This document shows positions 36,101 through 48,544 of a stretch of DNA of 64,000 nucleotides, in pieces. Origin of the DNA: an uncultured bacterium. GTDB taxonomy: Bacteria; Patescibacteriota; Saccharimonadia; Saccharimonadales; DATKHC01. A program made the position numbers and the translations under genes. The DNA is taken from the NCBI GenBank assembly GCA_963699195.1, contig OY969420.1:570733-634732 (forward strand). The letters run 5' to 3'. Every line of letters begins with the position of its first letter. The stretch's first letter is position 1. The notes under the pieces are model-generated. The model was not told where the DNA came from and did no database searches. It was given only the letters and a program-made list of their open reading frames with translations.

Positions 36101-38562
36101 ATGATTCCAAATTCTCCAGATTTTCAAGACTTTATTAATCATTTAACTGACAATGCGCTTCAAAGCTTAAAGCATGCCGATGCTATTGCTAGAGGTTTTG
36201 GTAGTGCATATATTGGTACAGAGCACTTATTATTGGGTGTATTAGCTCAAGATAAGTCAATGGGAGCTAAGATATTAGAAGGAGCAGGCGTAACACTAGA
36301 TCGTGCAAGACTAGCGCTTAATATAACCCCAAAAACATTAGTTATTAACCCGGCTACTAAAAATCTTAAGTGAGACAGCTAAGTTAACTCTTAAAATGGC
36401 TCAAGAATTTGCTCAAGATTATAACCAAGAATTTACTGGCACAGAGCATATTATTTTCAGCATTTTAAGCCAAAAAAATGCTACGAGCAACGATATTACT
36501 TAGAGACATGAACGTAGATGTAGATAACCTAACTAGTGAAGTTGAGAGTTCTTAAATAGACAAAACTATGATGATAGTAGTGAATATGCCACTGAAGGTC
36601 GAAGACACACTAAAAGACAGCGAAAAACTACACTTAGATTTTTATGGAGTAGATATGACTCACAAGCCCGAGCTGGTAAATTAGACCCGGTCGTTGGTCG
36701 AGAAGCACAAATTAGACGAGTAGTAACAATATTAAATCGAAGAACTAAAAATAACCCAGTTCTAATTGGTGAGCCTGGTGTTGGAAAAACTGCTATTGTA
36801 GAAGGACTGGCTCAGCGAATAATTACTGAAGATGTACCAGATTCATTACTTGAAAAGAGAATCGTAATGCTTGATTTAGCTGGAATGATTGCTGGTACTA
36901 AGTATCGAGGTGAATTTGAAGAGCGACTTAAAAAAGTCATGACTGAACTTGAAAACGATAACAACACAATATTATTTATTGATGAGCTTACATTTAATTG
37001 TTGGTGCTGGTGCAGCTGAGGGTGCAATGGATGCTGGAAATATTCTAAAGCCAGCATTAGCTCGAGGTAAAATCCAAGTAATTGGTGCAACTACAACTGA
37101 TGAATATACTAAACATATTGAAAAAGATGCAGCACTTGAGCGACGTTTTCAGCCAATTCAAGTGCCTGAGGCAACATCCCTGAAACAGTTGCAATACTAA
37201 AGGGACTTACGTAAGCACTATGAAGCCTTTCACGGAGTAAAGATTAGTGATGAAGTTATTGAAGATACAGTTAACTTTGCAAATCGATATGTAAATGATC
37301 GATATATGCCAGATAAAGCTATTGATCTACTAGATGAAACTTCGGCCTATCTTAGAATTGATAAAGGTAAGACTCCACCTGAGGTTAGACGATTACAAAA
37401 AGAGCTAAAACTAGTTAATACTCGAATTGATGAAGCGGTTGATGCTGAAAATTATGAAAATGCCGCTAAGTATAAGACAACGAGCTAGTCAAATTAATGA
37501 AGAACTTAAAAAGCTACAAGCCGGCGGAAAAGGGCGAAGTAAGCTACGCTCTAACAAGCGATGATATTGCTGAAGTTGTAGCCAGGATGACTGGTGTACC
37601 TGTTAAGAAAGTTATTCGATCTGAGGCTAAGTATCTACTTAAATCTAGAAAAAACTATTGGTAAGCATGTAATTGGCCAATCTGAGGCAGTTGAAGCAGT
37701 AGCAAAAGCTATTAGACGAAATCGAGTAGGTGTTGGTAGTGGAAAACGACCAATTGGTTCATTTATTTTCTTGGCCCAACTGGAGTTGGTAAAACAGAAC
37801 TAGCTAGAGTACTTGCAAAAGAATTCTTTGGTAGCGAATCTGCACTTATTAAAGATTGATATGAGTGAATTTGGTGAACGACACACAGTTGCACGACTAG
37901 TTGGTGCTCCAGCTGGTTATGTTGGCTATGACGAAGGTGGTCAATTAACTGATAAGATTCGAAGCAACCATACAGTTTAGTTTTATTTGATGAAATTGAA
38001 AAAGCTCATCCAGAAGTATTTAATATGTTGCTTCAAATTCTAGAAGATGGAGTTCTAACTGATGCTAAAGGTCAGACAGATAGATTTTACTAATACGATA
38101 GTTATTATGACTAGTAATATTGGTGCGGAAAAACTTCAAAAAGAAGCTTCACTTGGCTTTCAAGCAACTGCACCTGATGAGCTTAAAGGACTTAGATAAA
38201 CTACACGCTGCCAATAAAGATAAAGTTCAAGAAGAGCTTAAGAAGATGATGCGGCCTGAATTACTAAATCGAATTGATAAGATAATAGTTTTTAGAGCTC
38301 TTAACAAAAGCTGATATTTTAAAGATTCTAGATCTTCAAATTGATGAACTAAAACAGCGATTAATAAAACACGGGATATCAGTGAAGTTGACTGATTCTG
38401 CTAAGAAGTATCTTACTTGAAAAAGGCTATGATGCCCATAATGGTGTAAGACCAATGCGTCGACTAATTCAGGATACCATTGAAGATGACATTGCATCAA
38501 GTATATTAGACGATAAACTTCCAAAAGGCAGTATAATTCAAGTTAGCTGCACAAAAAGATAA
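36101..38562 (+). pseudogene. clpC: ATP-dependent Clp protease ATPase subunit ClpC, more than 10 frameshifts
   Basis: Clp_N repeats, both AAA+ modules ([15 protein letters not shown]; [11 protein letters not shown]), a UVR-like linker and the C-terminal D2-small domain can all be read by switching frames about every 100-250 nt. Confidence 0.85.
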
Positions 38563-38689
38563 GCTAACTTATAAAACAGTAACTGAATAATTATAATAAT
38601 ATAAGGCGTATAGGCTGGTTAATATAGTCTGCTAGCTGTTATAGCTATTGTCTTTTGGTTGGTTAATCGTTATAATATATATGACGAAT

Positions 38690-39590
38690 ATCGGCTTTAT
38701 AACTACACCCCGCCTCAGCAATAGTCACACTTGGCTAATCAAACACAATGACTCCCTATGCGCGAAAACTATTTTATGTATATCATCCAACAATAGAAGG
38801 ATAGCGCAGCATTTAATCAAGATTGTAATGTAACCGAAGCAGCAATTGTGCTCGGCTGTACGGCTATTAATAAAGGAATTTGGCTTATATAACGTACAGA
38901 CCCATCAGCTAAATGGTGTAGAACAAGTAACAGCAGCTCATGAAATGCTACATGTTGCATACTCAAGATTAAGTCGCATCAGAGCTTAAATATATAAATA
39001 ATCTGGTTATGACGACTTACAATAATCTTGCCCCAACATGATCCACTACTTAAAACTGAATATCAATCATATTTAAAAACCGAAGGCCAAGGGGCGGTTA
39101 CTAAACGAAATGCATTCAGTTCTTGGAACTGAAGTAGCCAATTTACCACCAGCTTTAGAAAATTATTACAAACAGTATTTTACTAATAGACAGGCGATAG
39201 TTAATTATGCGAATCAATATGAAGGCGTCATTTACAGCAACAGCAAACATGTTCGTGAACCAGATGATCAGCAGCTAAGCAACTTGGCAGCAACAAATAA
39301 ACTACTAATGAAGCAGACACTTACAAGACCGAAATCAACAAATTCAGGCTCAGTAGCTCAACTAAATCAGTTAAAAGCTCTGGGCAGATATTAGTGCATA
39401 TAATAGTGAAGTAGATAGCTATAATCAATTAGTCAACAATTATAATAACCTTGGTAATCAAACAAAAGCAATTAATAGACCAATATAACCAACTTAGTAG
39501 CTTCACGAAATGCATGGCTGTTCAAGAAGATAACTTAATCCAATCAATCAGTAGTCTACCAAGTACATTACTACTCAGTAGCTGATAGAA
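38690..39590 (+). pseudogene. Frameshifted hypothetical protein with an HEXXH motif (possible metalloprotease)
   Basis: The fragments include ...NGVEQVTAAHEMLHVAYSRLS... and ORF 39110..39394. Boundaries and function are uncertain. Confidence 0.3.
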
Positions 39591-39610
39591 TATAGATAAG
39601 AAGAGGAATT

Positions 39611-40959
39611 ATGGCAAAAAAACCGAGTGTTCAATATGTATGTAGTAATTGTGGTGCAACTAGCAGTAGCTGGAGTGGACGTTGCTATAATTGTGGTGAA
39701 TGGAATACTCTTCAGGAACAAACATTGCTTGGCAGTAACGATGCAACCAAAGGCAAGAAAACTATAATGCTGAAACAGTTAGACAGGCTTAAAACAAGAT
39801 TTACCAAGAATGATATCTGGCATGAAAGAAGTTGATAATGTCATTTGGTGGAGGCATTGTGGCTGGTAGTGTTATTTTACTAGCTGGCCAACCGGGAATT
39901 GGTAAAAGTACTATTTTAATGCAGATAGCTAATGCAATGGCTAAAAGAATAAAGTTCTATATGTTAGTGGTGAAGAATCAGCTCATCAAATTAGTATGAG
40001 AGCATCAAGATTAGGTGCTAACTCAAAAAAACTAGAAATTGCTAACTCAAACTCAACCGACGATATTGTTGCAAACAATTAATGAAGATGAATATCAAAT
40101 TGGTCATTGTTGATTCAATTCAGACAGTTACTTGTAATGGTGTTACCTCGGCTGCCGGTAGTGTTAATCAAATAACTAACTCGACATATCTATTAAGTGC
40201 GGCCGCCAAACAAACAAACACTGCAGTTAATATTAGTTGGTCATGTTACTAAAGAAGGAAATATTGCTGGACCAAAGCTACTGGAGCATATGGTAGATGT
40301 TGTGTTGCAGATTGAAGGCGATAGATATGGTGGCTTTAAGGTTCTTAGAGCAAGTAAAAATCGTTATGGCTCAATTGAAGAAGCCGGAATATTTGAAATG
40401 GTGGATAAGGGTTTTAAGGTCGTAGAAAATCCATCAGCGGCCTTACTGTCTGAGCGACAAGTAAGTGATGGTTCGGTCGTGCTTGCAACAATGGAAGGTA
40501 GTCGGCCAATATTAGTAGAAGTTCAAGCATTAGTAAATAAAACTAGTTATGGCTATCCAAAACGGACTGCCAGTGGCTTTGATTTAAATCGACTAAATTT
40601 ATTAGTAGCAATGCTGGAGAGACGAACCAAACTTAATCTATCGAATAGTGATATTTATATAAATATTGTTGGTGGAATAAAGATAAATGAACCGGCTGCT
40701 GATTTGGCTGTATGTATGGCAATTGCTTCAGCCACTAAGAATATGCAACTTAAAAACAGATGCGGTAGTATTTGGTGAGGTTGGATTATCAGGAGAAGTC
40801 AGACATGTCCCATTTATTGAAAAACGACTAGCTGAAGCTAATAAACTAGGCTTTAATAGTACAATTGGACCAAATTCAAAAACAATTAAAAGAAAAGTTA
40901 AACATCATGGAGTTAAAGATATAAGAACTGCACTAAATTCATTTTTAGAAAAGGAATAA
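39611..40959 (+). pseudogene. radA: DNA repair protein RadA/Sms, several frameshifts
   Basis: Zn-ribbon (CSNCGATSSSWSGRCYNCGEWNT), Walker A (GQPGIGKST, in a shifted frame), KNRYG motif and a Lon-like C-terminal domain, spread over three frames. Confidence 0.85.
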
Positions 40960-40961
40960 AT

Positions 40962-41661
40962 ATGCAAATAATAGAAATTATTTTATTGGTAGGATAATCG
41001 TATACTACTAATAAAACAAAAACCAAAAAATTAACAAAATAAATCATTCAAGAAAAGTAATATTAGATACATGTGCATTAATTGACGGTAGAATTGTCGA
41101 TCTTAGTAATACAGGATTTGTGCCTGACCAGCTAATAGTGCCTGAGTTTATAATTAGTGAGCTTCAAATGTTGGCAGATGGCAACGATTCACATAAACGT
41201 GAACGAGCTAGATTTGGTCTCGATGTAGTTAAAGAACTTACAAAACAGTAAGTATTGTTAAGTAATAGTAGATAAATCATTTGTAAGAGAAAAAATGCCT
41301 AACAGATGATAAATTAGTTGCTCTAGCCTAAAACTAAATTGCCCACTTTATACAACTGACTTTAACCTAAATAAAGTCGCTGATATTAAAGGTGTAAAAG
41401 TATTAAATGTTAATGAATTAGCTCAACAATTAAGACCGCAGTTTTACCAGGAGAGCAAAGAAATATTAAGATACTACAAAAGGGTAGTAATCCATCACAA
41501 GGCGTTGGTTATTTAGATGACGGAACTATGATAGTAGTTGAGAATGGTGCAAAACTTATGGTAAAACTGTTGAAGTTGAAATTGAGAGATCATTTCAAAC
41601 AGTTGCAGGTAAAATGCTATTCGCACAGCTAACCAAGAAACCAAATTTAGAACCAATTTAA
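40962..41661 (+). pseudogene. PIN/TRAM domain protein (YacL-like), frameshifted
   Basis: ILDTCALIDGRIVDLSNTGFVPDQLIVPEFIISELQMLADGNDSHKRERARFGLDV (PIN), then a TRAM-like end (...[15 protein letters not shown]...). The clpC-radA-PIN/TRAM order is a conserved synteny in Firmicutes-like genomes. Confidence 0.65.
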
Positions 41662-41679
41662 GACATCGCGGCGTTGCTG

Positions 41680-44600
41680 CTAAGAATAACTAGCTAATTG
41701 TAACTGTCTCGCTAGAACTAAAGTTACCGTCCGAGTATCTTCAACTCTTATCACATAGTTGCCAGGAGTTGTCAGGGAATTTCCGCTACAACTTCCTACG
41801 CCAACGCCAGAAGAACAATAAGTTTGGCCATTAGCTGTCACTGTATAAGGCCCTGTACCGCCTGACCAAGTAATTGTTGGATTTGGACCTAGGTTTGTCC
41901 CGAAGTTAAGACGGGGCATTTACGGTAACAGTTGCTGATGTTGCTGAATACAAGACACTATCAACTACTTGCATCTGGACACTTGTTGAGCCGCCTCCGT
42001 AAGGGAATCTACATTCACCGGTTGCGGCACTAGGTGAGCTATTAATGGCTGGTGAGAAGTTACAGGTTGCTGCAATTGATTTCCCGCCAACGATTGCATT
42101 AATTTGGGTAGGAAAGCTGAAGAATATAGTGGGTGAGTTCCTTGAGCCACATTAACACCAATACTACAGCTCGTACCATTACAAGATATGTTTGATGACT
42201 GTAAGCTAATTGTCGGTAGTTGGTCGCCACACTGATGAATTGTGTCATTTGTCGTTATGGTAGCTTGTGCTCCCGAAGTCTTGGTCCCAATCGGCCAGAA
42301 TAAATCGATAGAGTATCTATTCTCGTTTTGACTTCCAACTGTTTCTTTAGCAAGTGCTGGCGTACAGCTTGTAGCAAGGTCACCTGATACCTTATCTATT
42401 ACCTGAGAAACGCTCTTAATACTGTTAGGTTCCACATACCAAGAAGGATACAGATCAGACTTGGTCCAGGCTCTACATCGCCATAATCAATATGGGTTGT
42501 TTGTTCAAATGCCGGTAAGGACTTTTATGTCAGCTGGCTGAACCCAGTTTACAGGTTTTCTTAAGACATCTTCAGAGCATCTTCAATAAATCTTCTTGTA
42601 TTGGCTCAGTTACTGCTTCAGATAGTCCGGCAGTAAGTGCAACATTTCTAGTGTGATAGCCAACCCAACTTAGAACTGCATATTTTGTAGTCCAAGCTGT
42701 CATTAATGCGTCATATTCATCGTTAGTTGTTCCAGTTTTTACAGCAATATCCCATCCATTATAATGTTTGGAATTTTTGAGAGCTGGTAAGATATGAAGC
42801 ATTTGGATCGCTAAGCATATTATCAATTATGTAGGCAGTATCTGGCTTGAATAACTTGGTACCTTTCGGTTGTGTCCAGTTATATATAACCTTACCATGA
42901 TGAATCAGTAATTTTTATAATATAAAGTTTGAGGAATAGCTACACCTAATCTGCCCAATGTAGCTAGTCCATTTACATGATTAGTTAAGAGTTAAGTAAG
43001 CACCATCTCCAATAGCTGAAGAAGAATAACATTGGGTGGTTTCAGTAAGGCAGCATCGGCGTAACACTGATATGCATTTTGGCAGTCCATCATTGCATCG
43101 GCGTGTTGAAATAACTTTATTAATCGAAGGAACACAACCGGATAGGATTACCTGCATCGCATTGCTTATTAGGTATAACGGAAAGCATTGCTTTAACTGC
43201 TGGGACATTTCTAGATCCAGCAAAGGCATAGCGTAGCTCTTCTGCGCCCAGGAAATTTAAAGTCATAGTCTTCAAGACAGTTACCACCTTGAAGAGGTGT
43301 AAGGTTACCAGTAGTACAAGGATACCCAGGTAATGGTTGTCTGACATCATATAGAAGTGAACCTGCTCCTACATTGTTAGTATCATTTATTAAAGTTGAA
43401 TAATCATATGGTTTAAAACTCGATCCTGGAGGGATTGTGAGTCTCAGCATAATTAATTTGTCCATACGTTGGATTATTAAAGTTAACTCCACCGACAAGG
43501 CATCGACTTGCCCGTTTGCGTACTCTTCAGCCACCATAGCTTCTTCGTCACCATGGGCGCTTTTACATTGGGTAGGTTCTTTTGCAACTAATCTGTTAGC
43601 TAAATTTTGAAGAGGCATATTTAGTGTAGTAATAACTTTCCAGCCACCTCGATTTACTGTAGCAGCACCATAAGTATTTTCAAGTTGTTGTTTGGCGGAT
43701 AAACAAAATATGGATCTAGTAATTCCATTATATTTAGTTTGCTAGAGGTTGAATTTGGGCCAGAACATTAACTTGTTTAGCGGCAGTAGCTTGAGCTTGT
43801 GTATATATAACCTTGTTTAGCCATTTGATCAAGAATATATTGTGCTCGATCTGTTAATGCCTGTTCGCCAAATAAGTTAGTCACTTGCAGCAGAGTTATA
43901 AACTGGGCTACTATACGGAGAATAATAGGTGGGTGCTTGGGGAATAGCGGCTAGCATTGCTGATTGGGCAAGCGTTAGTTGACTGGCGGGTTCTCTGAAG
44001 TAATCTTCTGCTGCAGACTGTACGCCATAATCCACCCCCCATATGGGGCAATATTAAGATACCCGTTAGAATATCAGTCCTTGGAATAATCTCTTTCAAC
44101 TTCACTAGCCAAAATAATTTCTTTTACTTTGTGGCAATTGTTCTACTACCGTTATACCCGGCGTTTAATTTAACTAATTGTTCGGTAATAGTTGATGCTC
44201 CTTGAAGGCTGCCGCCACCACCAAATACGTCATGTAATACCAGCTCTAACAATTCCAGATATACTAAAGGCACCTTCATGGTAAAAGTTCTTATCCTCAA
44301 TAGCAACTGTAGCTTCTTTCATATATGGAGAAATATTCGATAGCCAGAAACCGGTACACGTTTTACGGCGTTATAATCTTGCCAATAGAACTGTTGTCCA
44401 GTGCTGTCGTAATAAGTAATACTTCCACCAAGATTTTGGCCATATATATTATTAATAGAAGGTAGATCTTTACGTAAGAAAGGCAAAAGCACCAACTAGC
44501 ATTATGAATAGAACAACTATATGCATACCCAAAACTTTAAGGGCCATAATTGCACCTTCTCGACTAAACCAGTAGTGATATAGGTTTGAAGGTTTTAAGC

Positions 44601-44851
44601 GATATAAGAATCGTTTAAGATGAGTCTTAGGCATGCCGGCAAGTCTGAGCTGCCTTATGTTGTTTCCACGTGTCTTTCAGTCCTTTCATTCTTTGTGACA
44701 TATTTCGGTTTAACTTTATAGTTTGACCACTTTTGGTTATATAAGTATTTCGACTTCTTCTTCCAGTACTAGTACCAGCGTTCGAACCAGACCCAGGATT
44801 GTTTTGGTTTTGCCATTTAAAAATTAATACCTCTCGAATAAACGTATTCAT
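41680..44851 (-). pseudogene. Class A penicillin-binding protein (transglycosylase/transpeptidase) with a C-terminal extension, many frameshifts
   Basis: The GT51 motif GASTITEQLVKL is in ORF 44124..44306. Transpeptidase pieces are in 42572..43618 (KTGTTND). An N-terminal basic tail plus TM lies near 44450-44851. Confidence 0.75.
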
Positions 44852-44950
44852 TATTGTAGATTAATTATAGCAAATAGTTTGGTAATTAGCTGCAAAAATC
44901 CTGTTAAACAAATGTAAACTTATAAGAAAATTAAGTTATACTGTTAATAT

Positions 44951-46211
44951 ATGAGTAATATGACACATTTCAGAAGAGTTAAAATGGCGTGGACTTTGTA
45001 AAAGACAACACCTATCTAAACTAGAAGATATAAATGGCTAGATACACCTAAAGCTTTTATCATGGTTACGATGCATCGTTCCGATCAGTTAACAATTGGT
45101 AATCTTGCAGCAGTCTATGATGGCACAAAGACTTTATTAAAGCATGGCTGGCAAAGCGTATTACTGTGGCTGGTGGAGCAACCAGTATAATCGGTGATCC
45201 AGGAGGAAAAGACAGAAGAGCGACAACTAATGAGCCGTGAACAAGTTGAGAAAAATGTTGAAGGTATTGAAGCTGCAAGTTAAAAAATTATTTAGGCAAG
45301 AAGAATTTACCTTAGTAGACAACTCGATTGGTTTAAAGATATGAACGTATCTAGAATTTTTACGAGATGTTGGTAAATACTTTTCAGCATGACGAGTCTT
45401 ATTCAGAGAGATTACATTGCTAAGCGAATGGGTGAAGGTGGTAGCTGGAATTAGTTATACAGAGTTTAGTTACTCACTTACTCCAAGGATATGATTTTCT
45501 ATCATTTATATAGAATCATGAAGTGCGTAATATGCAGATTGGTGGTAGTGATCAATGGGGCAATATGACTATCAGGCGTTCAATTAATTAAGAGAAAAAA
45601 GAATGAACAGTTCATGCAATGACTTGCCTCTTGTAATTAATAAGACAACTGGTAAAAAATTTGGTAAAAGTGAAGAGGGGCGCAGTCTGGCTAGACCCTA
45701 ATAAGACTTCAGTTTTAGATTTTTATCAATTTTGGATAAAATTAGATGACGATGGAGTAGAAGATTATCTTAAAGATATATACGAACCTGAGTAAAGACG
45801 AGATAGATGAATGTAATAGATAAACATAGAAAAAATCCATCAAGCAGACATGCTCAAACAGTATTAGCTGATGAAGTTACTAAACTTGTTCATGGTGAAG
45901 ATGGAACTTGAGAAGGCTAAGCAAGCCACTGCAGCCTTAGTTAGCGGGGGAATTGCAGATGATAGTAGTCTGAATACATAACATAAAACTACTCTACCTA
46001 GTACAACTTGTAGATTTATTGGTTAAGTTGGTCTATGTTAGTTCAAAAAGTGATGCACGGCGATTAATTGGGGTAACGGTGTATATGTAAATGATAATCA
46101 GATTTACAAAAGAAATTATTGATAGATGAAGATTTTAAAGATGGAAAATTTATCCTGAGTACGAGGAAAGGCAATCTAAAAGACTCAGTTTTAATTGAGC
46201 TTGAAGACTAG
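44951..46211 (+). pseudogene. tyrS: Tyrosine--tRNA ligase, many frameshifts
   Basis: Readable by frame switching: LTIGNLAA (HIGH region), GGATSIIGDPGGK, QIGGSDQWGNM, KFGKSEEG (KMSKS) and a C-terminal S4 domain (SKSDARRLI). Confidence 0.8.
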
Positions 46212-46236
46212 TCTGATATACTAGTTTTTAGAATTT

Positions 46237-47019
46237 ATGGCCAAAACTAAGAACCAAATCGAAAAGCCGACCAGTATAATGATCCAAACCATAATTACCT
46301 AGATTATTGGAATGGTAGGGAATATGAGAATGCTGCAGAGGAAATTGCAATTAGAAGATTTCTAAAAGGCAAACATTTTAAACATGCTGTTGATATTGGT
46401 GGTGGTTATGGACGGCTTTGCGTTCGTGTTAGAAGATTATGCCGATAAAGTTACTTTGGCCGAACCATCTGACCAACAACTAGAATTGGCTGCAGATTAT
46501 TTAAAAGATCAATCCGGAAATTGAACGAAGACAAATTCAGGCTGTCAAACTTAGGATTATCCCAGATGATTCAATTGATTTATTGTCAATGGTCAGAGTA
46601 ATGCATCATTTACCAGATCCTATGCCAGAATTTAAAGAGCTTGCCAGAGTTTTATCTGATGATGGTTATTTAATTTTCGAAATTGCGAACTATACCCATT
46701 TTGAAAATCGGATTAAAGCACATATCCAAGGATAAAAAATTTCCAGTTGAACCAGTTGATATTAGATCACAAAAGAATAAAGAGCAGACGAAATCGCATT
46801 TGTTAATCACAATCCCAAGAACTGTTATTAAAACAGTTAGTCTCACGTAAATCTTAAAGTTGAGAAAAGTATTGTCAGTATCTAATTTAAGAAGTCCGGG
46901 TCTTAAGAAAATAGTCCCAGAGTCCTTGATGTTAAAAGTCAGAAAATATAATGCAGCCGACTATGGCTAAAAGTTATTTTGGCCCAAGTATCTTTTTCCT
47001 CATTAAAAAAGCCCACTAA
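46237..47019 (+). pseudogene. Class I SAM-dependent methyltransferase, frameshifted
   Basis: Motif I VDIGGGYGRL and post-I LAEPS, then a DLLSMVRVMHHLPDP-type motif. At least 3 frame changes. Confidence 0.6.
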
Positions 47020-47543
47020 CCATCTAAACAACGTGCATTAACTCCTGGAGAACTAAGCTGTGCAATCCACCAAACTACCTCGAAATCAGAAGAATTTTTG
47101 TTGCCAGCACAATCTTGCCCAAATATATAGGCTGCTTGTAGATTATCGGCTATGTTGGTCCCACAAGGGTTAAGTGCATAATCAATGCAATTTGTACCAT
47201 AATGAACACCCACCCCAACACACTGAAATCCAGGGTCACATTTTGCTTGAGCAGCAGGGTCTGTAGCGGAAAATATACTTAATTCCGACGGTGTTATATC
47301 TAGATTTGTGGGTGTGGAACAATAGTTCTGGTTATCTCCAGAGTTACCTAAACACTCTTGTATTGCGGCATCTATAATTGTTGCATCATGAAGCCTCTCA
47401 CTGTTGCGCTGACTTACTTTTAGGGCTGGTACAGCTAGAAATACGATTATTAGAATTAATCCTGCAATAGCAATAACTATCATGATTTCTAATATCGTAA
47501 AACCCTTATTGTTTTTCATTTTTCGGAAATGTCTTTTTTGCAT
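47016..47543 (-). CDS. Type IV pilin-like protein (prepilin-type N-terminal methylation domain)
   Basis: Intact 175-aa ORF. KGFTILEIMIVIAIAGLILIIVFLAV is a class III signal. Cys-rich C-terminal globular part. Met9 (47519) is an alternative start. Confidence 0.75.
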   Translation of the reverse strand: MQKRHFRKMKNNKGFTILEIMIVIAIAGLILIIVFLAVPALKVSQRNSERLHDATIIDAAIQECLGNSGDNQNYCSTPTNLDITPSELSIFSATDPAAQAKCDPGFQCVGVGVHYGTNCIDYALNPCGTNIADNLQAAYIFGQDCAGNKNSSDFEVVWWIAQLSSPGVNARCLDG

Positions 47544-47669
47544 AGAACATTAGTTAAATACTAATGGTTTATATTTTAACCCAAGCGTCATCAGACTACT
47601 ACGGGTTGGAGTTGAGTTTACGTATGCGTATCTTAATTAATAAATTAACCCTTCCAATTATAAAAGAGC

Positions 47670-48431
47670 CTATGATACCTCGCTTTTATGCTCTTTGAGG
47701 CTAAATGTCATGTAGGCAACAATAAAAATAATCAAAACTGTTAATACTAGACTTACGTGACCGTCGCCATAACCGAGGCCACCTGCGCTTTTTGGCTTAC
47801 CAAGCCAGTCAGCAAACGATGCACCAATTGGCCTTGTTAGAATGTAGGCGGCCCAAAAAGCTATAATTTCGTTTAATCCAAAAAAATAGTAGCCGATTAT
47901 AGGAATGGCAATCAGACCAATAAATAGTAACGCCGAAGTAAAATAACCTAGCCCTAGTGTTGTTGCGGTTAGATCTCCTGCAGCTGTTCCAAGCGCAAAG
48001 GTTGCGAGGACTGTTGCCCAATAGAACATTTCACGCCTGCGCGTATTAATACTGTGTATAGATAGAGTACCTTCAACCTTATTCCAGAAAATAAAAACTA
48101 TGGCTAGAACGATTGCAAAGAATATACTTGATTCTACGTAAGGTATGCTCAACTGGATATGCATTGCATCAGCTGCCATAGTGCCAAATACAGCCACCAT
48201 TGCAACAGCTAGCCAATATATCCATGGTCTATATTTGTTTGCCCTAAATTGGATAGTTAAAGCAACTAAAAGAGCTACGCCACCTAAGAAGACAGCAAGG
48301 TATGAATTAATCCTAAAAACAAGGAAATCTGAGGTTGCCTCACCCATCGCAGTAGTTAGTAATTTTGCTATCCAGAATATTAATGTGATTTCTGGTACTT
48401 TTCTTAAGGCGTAAGTACGATTTCTAAGCAT
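47670..48431 (-). CDS. Integral membrane protein (about 8 TM helices)
   Basis: Intact 253-aa hydrophobic ORF. Family not recognised with confidence. Confidence 0.55.
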   Translation of the reverse strand: MLRNRTYALRKVPEITLIFWIAKLLTTAMGEATSDFLVFRINSYLAVFLGGVALLVALTIQFRANKYRPWIYWLAVAMVAVFGTMAADAMHIQLSIPYVESSIFFAIVLAIVFIFWNKVEGTLSIHSINTRRREMFYWATVLATFALGTAAGDLTATTLGLGYFTSALLFIGLIAIPIIGYYFFGLNEIIAFWAAYILTRPIGASFADWLGKPKSAGGLGYGDGHVSLVLTVLIIFIVAYMTFSLKEHKSEVS

Positions 48432-48544
48432 ATAATTATTTTACTATCACAAACATACATTCAGAACTCGATTTGATTATTTCTGCAAGTGTTGATTGTT
48501 ACGAATAGTAACTCTTAAAACGTTCTTGATCTATAATAATAGAA